Below, piece by piece: positions 8,881-18,398 of a stretch of 32,000 bases of DNA. The notes beneath the pieces were generated by a model that made no database searches, was not told where the DNA came from, and saw only the letters and a list, made by a program, of their open reading frames with translations. The stretch comes from Raphidiopsis brookii D9 (GTDB taxonomy: Bacteria > Cyanobacteriota > Cyanobacteriia > Cyanobacteriales > Nostocaceae). Numbering within the stretch: the first letter of the stretch is position 1; each line of letters starts with the position of its first letter. Position numbers and translations under genes: made by a program. Where the stretch lies: contig ACYB01000042.1 in assembly GCA_000175855.1 (NCBI GenBank), forward strand, positions 180,001 through 212,000, given 5' to 3'.

Positions 8881-9825
8881 TCAGACTACCATCTTAGCAT
8901 CTTTAGCTAGTATTTCGTCGTCAACGGAAAAATCTATTTCTCCTTGAGCTGCACCACTGGTTAAATAGTCATTTTGAAAGGAATCTTGCAAACCGGAAAT
9001 TAAATCATACTGGGGTTGCCAATTTAATTCTGTAATTGCTCTATTCACAGATGCAAAAAAGTGTTGTGCCCTCATGGGAAAAGCCTTACGCTTACCAAAA
9101 TCAAACTTTTTAGGGTCATAATGGACAATTTTCACACTCTCACCAGACTTACCAGCAGCAATAGCACAAGCACGAGCTAAACCGTCAAAGGTCACAAAGC
9201 GATCGCCTGAAACATTATAAATCTTACCGACAGCTGTTTGATTACCAATTACCTGTAACATTGCCTGAGCTAAATCTTGAACATGGCCTAGTTGGGTAAT
9301 ATGTAACCCGTTACCTGGAATGGGAATAGGGCGATCGCGCACTATGCGGTCAAAGAACCAACTTTCCAGGGGATTATAATTCTTCGGTCCGTAAATATAA
9401 GTGGGACGAATGGAAGTAAAAGGAATTCCTAACTGTTGTAAAAAGGACTCAGTCTCATGTTTACCACGATGACGACTTTTAGGATCAATAGTATCCCCTT
9501 CTACATGGGGCAATTGATCGGATTTAAGATACACTCCAGCTGAACTCATATAAATAAAGTGTTTAACCCTTCCCTGGAACATTTTTGCCAGAGGTTCCGT
9601 ATCAGTAAGTTCCCGACCATTATTATCAAAAATGACATCGAAACTCTCCTGGGATAACTTAGACAACTGACTAGGATCAGTGCGATCGCCAATAACTTGA
9701 CCTACGCCATTTGGTGTGGGATGATTGCCACGATTAAACAATACTACTTCGTGTCCAGCCTTAATTAGTAATTGGGTTAAATAAACACCAATGAACCGAG
9801 TTCCACCAATAACCAGAATACGCAT
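8881..9825 (-). CDS. NAD-dependent epimerase/dehydratase family protein (CSP41-like SDR)
   Basis: The Rossmann N-terminus MRILVIGGTRFIGVYLTQLL starts at the ATG at 9825. The 38 codons further upstream in the track ORF (to 9939) look like a non-coding extension. Length is 314 aa. Confidence 0.7.
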   Translation of the reverse strand: MRILVIGGTRFIGVYLTQLLIKAGHEVVLFNRGNHPTPNGVGQVIGDRTDPSQLSKLSQESFDVIFDNNGRELTDTEPLAKMFQGRVKHFIYMSSAGVYLKSDQLPHVEGDTIDPKSRHRGKHETESFLQQLGIPFTSIRPTYIYGPKNYNPLESWFFDRIVRDRPIPIPGNGLHITQLGHVQDLAQAMLQVIGNQTAVGKIYNVSGDRFVTFDGLARACAIAAGKSGESVKIVHYDPKKFDFGKRKAFPMRAQHFFASVNRAITELNWQPQYDLISGLQDSFQNDYLTSGAAQGEIDFSVDDEILAKDAKMVV

Positions 9826-10029
9826 AAAATCACCATATCTGACAAACTTGAGGAGAAAAAATCGCCTGTGAATTGAGAGTATCACAGAGCTTGTCCTAAG
9901 TTGACAATTTAATAAATAAACCTGTACACTCATAAACAAACCAAGGATAATCTCAAAAATGCTATTGACAAACCTGTACGAGATATGTCAGACTCAGAAA
10001 ACAAAGAAATACAGTGCTAAGGATAAGTA

Positions 10030-10454
10030 ATGCTTTTATCTATCAAAACAAAACTCAAGTTAAATAAAACCCAGGAAATATTAATGGTTAAACACACTAG
10101 TATAGCAAGGTTTACATATAATTGGGGTTTAGCTACTTGGCAGGATTTGTACAAAGATGGGTTAAAGCCAAAATTAAACTAGCTAGACATCATGCGAGAA
10201 TAGCAAACTAGAGAAAAGACACTCTTCATAAACTTACTACTTACTTATGCAAAAACCACGCCAAGATAGTAGTAGAAGATTTAAACGTCTCCGGGATGCT
10301 ATCAAACCATAAATTAGCTCAATCAATAGCTGATTGTGGATTTTATGAGCTTAAGCGTCAGCTAGAATATAAAGCTAAAAAATTTGGCTGTCAAATTATA
10401 ATTGTTGATAGATTTTATCCATTTTATCCATCAAGTAAAACCTGTGCCAGTTAA
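10030..10454 (+). mobile_element. tnpB: Decayed TnpB (IS200/IS605-family OrfB) relic, non-functional
   Basis: Codons from 10030 read MLLSIKTKLKLNKTQEILMVKHTSIARFTYNWGLATWQDLYKDGLKPKLN*, a typical TnpB N-terminus. From 10179, in a different frame, the sequence reads LARHHARIAN*RKDTLHKLTTYLCKNHAKIVVEDLNVSGMLSNHKLAQSIADCGFYELKRQLEYKAKKFGCQIIIVDRFYPFYPSSKTCAS*, the RuvC-II region with the EDLN motif. The central ~150+ codons and the zinc-finger/RuvC-III end are missing. There is an in-frame TAG at 10209-10211 and a 9-bp tandem duplication TTTTATCCA x2 at 10413-10430. No tnpA or recognisable IS ends were seen. Confidence 0.75.
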
Positions 10455-10517
10455 AATGGCAAGAAACTAGCCACCTACATGGTATTCTGGCTAACACTAT
10501 AACTTTAAAAGGAAAAG

Positions 10518-11603
10518 TTGGGCGTGAATCAAATCAAAAAAGCTTTAATTACTGGTATTACTGGTCAAGACGGTTCATATTTGAGTGAATTATTGTTAGA
10601 AAAAGGTTATGAAGTTCATGGCATAATTCGTCGCACCTCCACATTTAACACGGATCGTATTGATCACATTTATGAAGATCCGCATCAAGAAGGTGCAAGG
10701 TTCTTCTTACACTATGGTGATCTAACCGATGGTACTACCCTACGTCGAATTTTAGAAGAGGTAAAACCAGTTGAAATCTATAATTTGGGTGCCCAGTCCC
10801 ATGTGAGGGTTAGCTTTGATTCCCCAGAATATACGGTTGATTCCGTAGCTATGGGTACCCTACGTCTTTTAGAAGCTGTTCGTGACTACCAAAATCGCAC
10901 GGGGATTCAAGTCCGTTTCTATCAAGCTGGTTCTTCAGAAATGTATGGACTAGTACAAGCTGTACCTCAAAGTGAAACTACACCCTTTTATCCCCGTAGT
11001 CCCTACGCCTGCGCTAAAGTTTATGCCCACTGGCAAACCATCAACTATCGAGAATCCTATGGTTTATTTGCCTGTAATGGTATTTTATTTAATCACGAAT
11101 CTCCCAGACGTGGAGAAACCTTTGTAACTCGCAAAATCACTAGAGCTGTATCTCGTATTGTAGCTGGTAAGCAAAAAAAATTATATATGGGCAATTTGGA
11201 TGCCAAACGGGATTGGGGATATGCTAAAGATTATGTGCGAGCCATGTGGTTAATGTTACAAAAGGAACAGCCCGATGATTATGTAATTGCCACTAGTGAA
11301 ACCCACTCGGTCAGGGAATTTTTAGATTTGGCATTTAGTTACGTGAATCTTAAGTGGGAGGATTACGTTGAATTTGATCAACGGTATTTAAGACCAGCAG
11401 AAGTAGACTTATTAATTGGTGATGCGACCAAAGCTAGACAAAAATTGGCTTGGCAACCATCAGTCACCTTTGAGGAGTTGGTAGCTTTGATGGTAGAAGC
11501 AGATTTACAGGCATTAGGACTAAACTCTCCCCATAGCAGTAGTCTGCAAATTCCCTGGGATATGGCAATTATTCGTCACGAGATAGGTGCTCTACATTTT
11601 TAG
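10518..11603 (+). CDS. gmd: GDP-mannose 4,6-dehydratase
   Basis: 361 aa with [41 protein letters not shown] (YxxxK) and [17 protein letters not shown], all typical Gmd motifs. The start is either TTG at 10518 or GTG at 10524. Confidence 0.92.
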   Translation: MGVNQIKKALITGITGQDGSYLSELLLEKGYEVHGIIRRTSTFNTDRIDHIYEDPHQEGARFFLHYGDLTDGTTLRRILEEVKPVEIYNLGAQSHVRVSFDSPEYTVDSVAMGTLRLLEAVRDYQNRTGIQVRFYQAGSSEMYGLVQAVPQSETTPFYPRSPYACAKVYAHWQTINYRESYGLFACNGILFNHESPRRGETFVTRKITRAVSRIVAGKQKKLYMGNLDAKRDWGYAKDYVRAMWLMLQKEQPDDYVIATSETHSVREFLDLAFSYVNLKWEDYVEFDQRYLRPAEVDLLIGDATKARQKLAWQPSVTFEELVALMVEADLQALGLNSPHSSSLQIPWDMAIIRHEIGALHF

Positions 11604-11696
11604 ATGGCGTGATTGAGGATGGGTTGATGTCGACAATTCAAATAACATAAAAATATTCAAAAACCCGCTGGTCGGGGTCTCCAGGAGGGAAGAAAG

Positions 11697-12641
11697 ATGA
11701 GTGAATTAGAATTACAAAGCAAACGTATTCTAGTAACAGGTGGAGCGGGTTTTCTAGGTCGTCAGGTAGTTGCTCAATTGTGTCAAGCTGGAGCCAATCC
11801 AGAAAAAATCACAGTTACACGCTCCCGTGATTGTGATTTAAGAGTTTGGGAAAATTGTCAGCGCGCAGCTAATCAACAGGATATTATCATTCACCTAGCT
11901 GCTCATGTGGGGGGAATTGGTTTGAATCAGGAAAAACCAGCTGAGTTATTTTATGACAACTTAATTATGGGAACCCAGTTGATCCATGCAGCTTATCAAG
12001 CAGGTGTGGAAAAGTTTGTCTGTGTGGGAACTATTTGCGCTTACCCTAAATTTACCCCGGTTCCATTTCAAGAGGAAGATCTTTGGAATGGTTATCCTGA
12101 AGAAACTAATGCTCCCTACGGGATTGCTAAAAAAGCTCTTTTGGTTCAGCTCCAGTCCTATCGTCAGCAATATGGTTTTAATGGTATTTACTTGCTACCT
12201 GTAAATCTCTATGGACCTGAAGACAATTTTGATCCTAAAACTTCTCATGTCATTCCCGCTTTGATTCGCAAGGTTCACCAAGCCCAAATTAATGGCGAAA
12301 AACAACTTTTGGTCTGGGGTGATGGTTCCCCTACCCGGGAATTTCTCTACTCCACAGATGCAGCACTGGGTATTGTTATGGGAACTCGCTTTTATCATCA
12401 ATCTGCTCCCATTAATTTGGGTACGGGTTATGAAATCTCTATTAAGGACTTGATCACTCTTATTTGTCAATTAATGGAATATGACGGACAAATAGTTTGG
12501 CAAACGGATAAACCTAATGGACAACCAAGGCGCTGTTTAGACACTCAAAAAGCTAAGGTGGCCTTTAGTTTTACCGCTCAAGTGAGCTTTGAGCAAGGAT
12601 TGAAAAATACCATCCAATGGTATAGGGAAAATGCAAATTAA
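11697..12641 (+). CDS. fcl: GDP-L-fucose synthase (GDP-4-keto-6-deoxy-D-mannose epimerase/reductase)
   Basis: 314 aa with ILVTGGAGFLGRQV, the YGIAKKAL catalytic YxxxK, and the VNLYGPEDNFD and REFLYSTD motifs. It lies directly downstream of gmd. Confidence 0.9.
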   Translation: MSELELQSKRILVTGGAGFLGRQVVAQLCQAGANPEKITVTRSRDCDLRVWENCQRAANQQDIIIHLAAHVGGIGLNQEKPAELFYDNLIMGTQLIHAAYQAGVEKFVCVGTICAYPKFTPVPFQEEDLWNGYPEETNAPYGIAKKALLVQLQSYRQQYGFNGIYLLPVNLYGPEDNFDPKTSHVIPALIRKVHQAQINGEKQLLVWGDGSPTREFLYSTDAALGIVMGTRFYHQSAPINLGTGYEISIKDLITLICQLMEYDGQIVWQTDKPNGQPRRCLDTQKAKVAFSFTAQVSFEQGLKNTIQWYRENAN

Positions 12642-13200
12642 GGTCAGCAAAAAACAACTGCGTCACCAAATATTGGCAACTCGTCAGTCCATGACTTTAC
12701 AAGAATGGCAACTCAAGAGCGATCGCATTTGTAGTATAATACAATCCTCACCTTTATTTACCCAAGCCAAAACAATTCTTGCCTACTTGAGTTTCCGTCA
12801 GGAACCGGATCTGAGTTCACTGTTTAGTCAGTCTATGAATTCCCAATGTCGTTGGGGTTTCCCTCGCTGTGTTGGCAAGTCTCTTGTTTGGCATTTATGG
12901 CAACCAGACACTATTCTAAACATCAGCAATTATGGCATTGCTGAACCAGATCCCCGTTCTCCTAGCATAGACTCTACGGAAGCTGACCTCATCCTGGTTC
13001 CTAGTGTGGCCTGTGACCACCAAGGATACCGTTTGGGTTATGGTGGTGGTTACTATGACCGATTTTTGAGTTCTCCCACCATATCCCACATACCCACTAG
13101 GGGGGTAGTTTTTGATTTTGCCTACCTGCCAGAAATTCCCTGGATTGATCCTTGGGATCAACCATTGGGAGGGGTTTTCACTGACTACCAGGTTTCCTAA
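12631..13200 (+). CDS. 5-formyltetrahydrofolate cyclo-ligase family protein
   Basis: 189 aa. It shows the KKQLRHQILATRQ N-terminal pattern and a C-terminal DLILVPSVACDHQGYRLGYGGGYYDRFL motif. It overlaps the fcl stop by 11 nt. Confidence 0.8.
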   Translation: MQIKVSKKQLRHQILATRQSMTLQEWQLKSDRICSIIQSSPLFTQAKTILAYLSFRQEPDLSSLFSQSMNSQCRWGFPRCVGKSLVWHLWQPDTILNISNYGIAEPDPRSPSIDSTEADLILVPSVACDHQGYRLGYGGGYYDRFLSSPTISHIPTRGVVFDFAYLPEIPWIDPWDQPLGGVFTDYQVS

Positions 13201-13212
13201 AGAACCTGGGAA

Positions 13213-13286
13213 TCGGAGCGGCGGGATTCGAACCCACGACCTCCACTACCCCAAAGTGGCGCGCTACCAAGCTGCGCTACGCCCCG
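13213..13286 (-). tRNA. trnP: tRNA-Pro (anticodon GGG)
   Basis: The reverse complement is CGGGGCGTAGCGCAGCTTGGTAGCGCGCCACTTTGGGGTAGTGGAGGTCGTGGGTTCGAATCCCGCCGCTCCGA. It folds by hand into a cloverleaf: acceptor CGGGGCG/CGCTCCG, D stem GCGC/GCGC, anticodon stem CCACT/AGTGG with loop TTGGGGT, and T stem GTGGG/CCCGC with loop TTCGAAT. No CCA is encoded. Confidence 0.92.
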
Positions 13287-13358
13287 TTAACCAAATTAAA
13301 TCACTCTCTCTAATATATCAAAGGTGAGAAAAAAAAGCAAGGGGTTAATATATCAAAT

Positions 13359-13724
13359 TCAAAAAACTTTCAGAGTTGCCAGGGCCTTGACTAACTCTTG
13401 GACAGCATGGGGACTCAAGTATCCTTGAACGGATCTTCCATTAGTCAGGATAAATCGCATGCTATACAGATGGGCATATCCTTCTACTTCCATCCACACT
13501 AGATCGGTTTCAGCTTCACAGGTAATTTTTTCTTCATCCATGAGTTCCGATGTGAAAACCGTGATGGTCTCCACTAGTTGGGTTAGTAGATGGCAAAAAT
13601 GTTCCAGCTCCAGTTCGGTCAGTTCAACGGCCCAATCATCACTTCCCACCAGACCGTTAAATTGAGTAGAGTCTGGTTTCCAACCTATTTGCCAACCAGC
13701 TCCCCGTTTAACTACCTTTTGCAT
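13359..13724 (-). CDS. Conserved cyanobacterial hypothetical protein (DUF1818-like)
   Basis: 121 aa from the ATG at 13724 (MQKVVKRGAGWQIGWKPDS...). The track ORF starts 7 codons earlier at a TTG. The family assignment is from memory of the GxGWxIGW N-terminal pattern only. Confidence 0.5.
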   Translation of the reverse strand: MQKVVKRGAGWQIGWKPDSTQFNGLVGSDDWAVELTELELEHFCHLLTQLVETITVFTSELMDEEKITCEAETDLVWMEVEGYAHLYSMRFILTNGRSVQGYLSPHAVQELVKALATLKVF

Positions 13725-13735
13725 TTTCCGTGGTA

Positions 13736-13987
13736 TTACAGCCAATCGCTAGGTAACTCACCAATAATTTCTGGCTGAGTTAACTCATCAGACATTTCAA
13801 TGATTGCTCTAAGCACCGGTTTCATGATGCTATCTTCATTATTCTCAAAGTCTTCATAACGGCGACGTTTAGCACGATTAGCAACCTGTACAGTGATCCG
13901 ATAACGATTTGATGCGGCGTTAATCAAATCCTCTGAGCGCTGCATAATTTGAGATTGGGTGGCCTCGAACCTGGATCTTTTGAGCAT
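13736..13987 (-). CDS. rpoZ: DNA-directed RNA polymerase omega subunit
   Basis: [77 protein letters not shown] closely matches cyanobacterial RpoZ. The ATG at 13987 is preferred over the upstream GTG at 14023. Confidence 0.88.
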   Translation of the reverse strand: MLKRSRFEATQSQIMQRSEDLINAASNRYRITVQVANRAKRRRYEDFENNEDSIMKPVLRAIIEMSDELTQPEIIGELPSDWL

Positions 13988-14117
13988 AGTGGTTTGGGGT
14001 TGAATTTTTGACGTTCGATTCACTTGCCTATCAATATTAATATTAGCACAATTATCAAAAAACGATTCACCTGGTTGGATAGATAATTTGGATAATTTTA
14101 ATGAATTTTTTGAAGAC

Positions 14118-14145
14118 TTGTGATACCCTATTTGTGTGTTATAAT
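14118..14145 (+). promoter_or_regulatory. Candidate sigma70-type promoter for the coiled-coil gene
   Basis: TTGTGA (14118-14123), a 16-nt spacer, then TATAAT (14140-14145), 26 nt upstream of the ATG at 14171. This is a pattern match only. Confidence 0.4.
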
Positions 14146-14170
14146 CCTTACTTAAATCCAGGAAAAGATC

Positions 14171-15055
14171 ATGAACGAGCTAACAAAGTCCGATCTCAGG
14201 GAACGCTTAGGCAACATAGATCAGATCCGCGATGTACTAATTGGACCTCATTTGAGAGAGTATAATAACCGTCTAGAACAGCTGGAACGTGGTTTGGCAT
14301 CGGTTCAGTATGAACTACGCAATCGGGGTGAAGAAACCCGTCAAACAATCTTATTGGAGTTAAACGCCACTGCTGATTTATTAGAGAAAAAGATTCGCAA
14401 TCTAATTATTAAGGATGAGGAGGAGAAATTTAATCTCAATCAGCAAATAGATAATATTAACAAGCGCATTCTCGCAGCCACCCAGGAACTGCAAGATTCC
14501 GTAACGGCTGAATTAGACGAACTAGCGGAAAATGCTGATAAGCGGTTTAAATCAATACAGACAAAAGACGAGGAAGAAAAGTCGGAAATTCGTCAGCAGC
14601 TTGATCTGGTCAACAAAAGGTTGGGGGGTAGCATTGAAACGGTGAGTCAAACGTTTCAACAGCAGACCAAGACTTTGCAGGAAAATTTGCAGGCCACCCG
14701 GAATAAGTTACAGGATGAAATCACTGAGCTACGTGCCCAAACCATTGAGGAGCTGGAAAGGTACTCCTCTATATTAACTCAAGAGAAAGTTTCTAAGGAT
14801 GATATGGCGGAATTGCTCTTTGAGCTAGGTCTAAGACTCCAAGGCAAGGAATTTGTTCCCGAGCTTCAGCAGGTTGCCAATTTCACAGAAGAACTGCAAA
14901 CAATTATAACTGAGTCCTCCGACCAATCTGCAACGCACCTGATACCTGAAAATCCCCCAGAACCAGAACCAAAAGTCGCTTCCAATACTCCCCCGCGAGC
15001 TAAGGTAGAAGGCTCTACTCCCCGTCGGACTAGAACTAGTCGTCTTAAAGGCTAG
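14171..15055 (+). CDS. Coiled-coil protein of unknown function with a basic Pro-rich C-terminal tail
   Basis: 294 aa, strongly heptad-like and E/K/Q/L-rich. It carries an internal duplication: [29 protein letters not shown] and [28 protein letters not shown]. The C-terminus reads [36 protein letters not shown]. Confidence 0.6.
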   Translation: MNELTKSDLRERLGNIDQIRDVLIGPHLREYNNRLEQLERGLASVQYELRNRGEETRQTILLELNATADLLEKKIRNLIIKDEEEKFNLNQQIDNINKRILAATQELQDSVTAELDELAENADKRFKSIQTKDEEEKSEIRQQLDLVNKRLGGSIETVSQTFQQQTKTLQENLQATRNKLQDEITELRAQTIEELERYSSILTQEKVSKDDMAELLFELGLRLQGKEFVPELQQVANFTEELQTIITESSDQSATHLIPENPPEPEPKVASNTPPRAKVEGSTPRRTRTSRLKG

Positions 15056-15068
15056 CATCACAGATTGT

Positions 15069-16224
15069 CTAGCTGGCTTTCATTTTTAAAAACAATTCCT
15101 CGTACTGGTTTATACTTTCTAAGGATAAGGGTTTTAAGAACTCGCATTTTTCCAATAATTCGTGCTCAATAACGAGTAGATTTTGTGTATCATCACTTAT
15201 ACCCTGAACCTTAGAAGTATTGACAAAAGTAGGGGTGTTGGTTTTGCCCAACATCACAATTTGTCGGGCAATGTCTGGTTGCCAACAAAAGTCAATCCAT
15301 TGTAATATTAAATTATCTGTTTTATCTGTTTCAGTAATTAGTGTATTTGCTGGTTGCACCCAAATATCTGCCCAAATTGCTGTTCCTGACTGGGGTATAA
15401 CTGCTCTCAATTGGGGATAACGACTTAAAATAGGGATAATGTCATTTGACCAACCTACTGCTAACCATGTATCTCCAGTAATTAGGGGTTCTAGATAGTT
15501 GGTAGATTCATAGAATTTCACCTGCTGATTTAAACTCTCTAGTTCTATTTTTAAGTTGGGAATTTCTACTGGATTTACCGTGTTGTAAGATCTGCCCAGT
15601 TTTTTTAAAACCAATCCAATCACCTCTCTAGGGTGATTGGGTAAAGAAATACGAGAGCGCAAATCACTTCGCCATAAGTCACTCCAATCTATTGGTTGCC
15701 AATTAAAGTTCTGTAACTGTTTCTGATTATATACAAGCACCGTATTTCCCCAACGATAAGGTGCACCCCATACCTTACCTTGAGAATCCCAATTACCCTG
15801 ATCATCCCGTTTCACCAACTGCTGCCATTTTTCCTGTAAGGATGACCATTGTTTACTTTTTTTTATTGGTAAGGGTTGAATTAATTTTTTGCTCAATAGC
15901 TGGTTTTAACCAATAGTCTCCCAAAGTTACTAGATCACAATGGGGTGATTTTTTGCCCCCTGGACTCTTATCTCTTGTCTCTCGCCAAATTTGTAGCTGT
16001 TTAAACAAATCATGTATCTGACTTTTTGGTACAAAACTCAGTTTGACATGAGAGAGTGTTTTATCTGATTGTAATCTTTTGTTAAATTGATTTACCACAT
16101 AGCCTGGTATAGAATCCTTTAAAAGCAATACCTGGAATTCTGATTGATTTTTCCCGTTACATCCCATGAGTGTTTGACCAAGCAGAAGTCCACCCACATT
16201 AAATAGAAAATTCCTTCGTTTCAT
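15069..16224 (-). pseudogene. PotD-like (spermidine/putrescine-type) periplasmic solute-binding protein, interrupted by one frameshift
   Basis: ORF 15853-16224 carries a signal peptide with a lipobox-like LMGC and ends ...DLVTLGDYWLKPAIEQKINSTLTNKKK*. ORF 15069-15896 continues (L)SKKLIQPLPIKKSKQW...WGAPYRWGNTVLVYN.... Removing one base from the run at 15895-15900 (T6 on plus, A6 in gene sense) gives a continuous ...AIEQKLIQPLP.... The span is 1156 nt (3n+1). Confidence 0.7.
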
Positions 16225-16277
16225 TTTGTTTCCCCAGTTCTTGACCGTTTAAACAAATTCTAGAAATTTGTGAGTAC

Positions 16278-16322
16278 GTAGCGGGTCAACCGCTACAGGG
16301 CTAAACGGCAAGCCCTTTTATT
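16278..16322. terminator. Two adjacent stem-loops between icd and the PotD-like gene
   Basis: The first is GTAGCGG-GTCAA-CCGCTAC (16278-16296). It is immediately followed by AGGGCT-AAACGGCA-AGCCCT (16297-16316) and then TTTATT. The T-tract lies on the plus strand although both flanking genes are on the minus strand. Confidence 0.35.
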
Positions 16323-16363
16323 CCCCAAAGACATCAGGAATTACTTTTCTAACAATTATGATA

Positions 16364-17787
16364 TCAACAGTTGAATTGTTGAATAATTGCGTCAGCAAAT
16401 TCAGAGCATTTTAGTGGTTCCACTGGGGGTTCCATTAGTCGTGCTAGGTCATAAGTAACTTTACCATCAGCTATGGAAGCACCTAGCCCTCTTTTGATTA
16501 AATCTGCTGCTTCCTGCCATCCCATGTATTCTAGCATCATGACTCCTGAGAGAATAACAGAACCAGGATTAATTTTGTCTAATCCTGCATGTTTTGGTGC
16601 TGTGCCATGGGTAGCTTCGAAAATGGCACAAGAGTCTCCAATGTTTGCTCCTGGACCCATTCCTAGTCCACCGACAATGGCCGCAGCAGCATCGGATAAA
16701 TAATCTCCGTTTAAGTTCATGGTGGCCAAAATAGAATACTCATCTGGCCTTGTCTGAATCTGCTGGAAAATACTGTCAGCAATCCGATCATTTACCATGA
16801 CTTTATCTTTCCATTGCCCATCCCCGTGGGTAGACCATATTGAATTGATTACTGTTTCTACTTCCTTGACAATTTGTCCTTTTTTCTCTGGTGTTAAATT
16901 GTCAAATCCTGGATCAATCATTCTGGCATTTTCTTCCGGGGAAATTTGGGGATTTTTTTCCTTATTGCCTAAAATCCATGATTCCCTTTCTGTGATACAC
17001 TCTGCGCGAAATTCCTGGGTCACTAACTCATAACCCCAATCTCTGAACGCTCCCTCGGTGTATTTCATTATATTCCCTTTATGTACCAAGGTTACCTGTT
17101 GTTTTTCCTTGGGTAGTTGTAAAGCATGCTTTAGGGCACGTCTCACTAGTCTTTGGGAACCACTCCTACTAATCGGTTTGATTCCTATTCCCGCATCCAG
17201 GGGAATCTGTTTTTTGCCATGTTCTGGTGTTGCTGGTATGAGATCTTTGTTCAGGATGTTGATCAATCGCTCTCCTATTTCACTACCTTGTTTCCATTCT
17301 ATCCCCAAGTAAATATCTTCCGTATTTTCCCTATAGACAATTACATCTAGTTTATCCGGGCTTTTATGGGGAGAAGGAGTTCCTGCATAGTAACGACATG
17401 GACGCACACAGGCATATAAATCAAATATTTGACGCAATGCCACGTTCAATGAACGAATCCCACCACCTATGGGGTAGTTAGTGGACCTTTAATGGCAATA
17501 CCATACTCCTTAATAGCTGTAAGGGTGTCCTGGGGTAAGTACTGGTAGGTTCCATATAAATCGCATGCTTCATCTCCAGCATAGACCTTGAACCAACTAA
17601 TCTTTCTTTTGCCACTGTAAGCTTTAGCCACTGCTGTATCTAGCACTTTCTCCGTAGCTGGCCAAATATCTATACCTGTTCCATCACCGCGAATAAAAGG
17701 GATAATGGGATTATCCGGAACTATGGGTTCCCCGTTCTGGAAGGTGATTTTTTCGCCTGTTGGGGGAGGGGTAATCTTTTCGTACAT
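16364..17787 (-). pseudogene. icd: NADP-dependent isocitrate dehydrogenase, interrupted by one frameshift
   Basis: ORF 17467-17844 (real start [16 protein letters not shown] at 17787) ends ...[12 protein letters not shown] 16364-17449 begins within ...[22 protein letters not shown].... Adding one C to the C4 run (plus-strand G4 at 17471-17474) yields ...[20 protein letters not shown]..., the conserved IDH sequence. The span is 1424 nt (3n-1), and restoring one base gives 474 aa. Confidence 0.9.
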
Positions 17788-17927
17788 GGTTAACACATTC
17801 CAAAATAAAGAAATAAGCTCTGCTTTGGTGCTATTTTCCAGCAATTTCCTATAAATACTACCACTGAAGCTATTTGTTTTATTAATTCCATGATAGCATT
17901 AATCCATCAACGGTAAACCTTAAAAGT

Positions 17928-18398
17928 ATGGAGTCCCAAGGGATTGTACCCCTCAAATCAGCCTGTGGTATTAGTTATGATTCTTTGGCGCAATTGCTCG
18001 TCAAGCAAGATTTTCAGGCTGCTGACCTATTGACAATTCAACAAATGTGTGAGGTGGTGGGAACCCAAGCAGTGCGCAGAAAATGGTTATATTTCACTGA
18101 AGTGGAAAATTTCCCCATCCAGGATCTGCAAACTATTAATAGTCTTTGGTTGGCTCACTCCCAAGGCAAATTTGGTTTTTCTGTGCAGCGGGAACTTTGG
18201 TTGGGGGTGGGTAGAAACTGGGATAGGTTATGGCCTAAAATCGGCTGGAAGCAAGGTGAAAAATGGACTCGCTATCCTCATGAGTTTACCTGGGATTTGA
18301 CCGCCCCTAGGGGTCATTTACCCCTATCTAACCAACTACGGGGAGTGCGAGTTATGGCCTCTCTCTTATCTCACCCCGCATGGACTACTCCTTCCTAG
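17928..18398 (+). CDS. GUN4-domain protein
   Basis: 156 aa. The pattern [12 protein letters not shown]...FQAADLLT...[39 protein letters not shown]...GWK...[13 protein letters not shown] fits the GUN4 porphyrin-binding domain. Confidence 0.65.
   Translation: MESQGIVPLKSACGISYDSLAQLLVKQDFQAADLLTIQQMCEVVGTQAVRRKWLYFTEVENFPIQDLQTINSLWLAHSQGKFGFSVQRELWLGVGRNWDRLWPKIGWKQGEKWTRYPHEFTWDLTAPRGHLPLSNQLRGVRVMASLLSHPAWTTPS

Noticed and set aside
9826-9939. N-terminal extensions of track ORFs: the epimerase gene to 9939, rpoZ to 14023, icd to 17844, rpe to 20053, nrtC to 3969 and nrtB to 4868
   Set aside because: The extensions precede canonical conserved N-termini (for example [39 protein letters not shown]). 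They use rare starts or have non-protein-like sequence, so I chose the internal ATG starts.
11961-13665. Short ORFs overlapping fcl, the cyclo-ligase gene, the tRNA and the DUF1818-like gene (11961-12170, 11986-12204, 12195-12470, 12916-13161, 13112-13327, 13459-13665, 13590-13778)
   Set aside because: They are antisense or out-of-frame to well-supported genes. ORF 13112-13327 runs straight through the tRNA-Pro gene.
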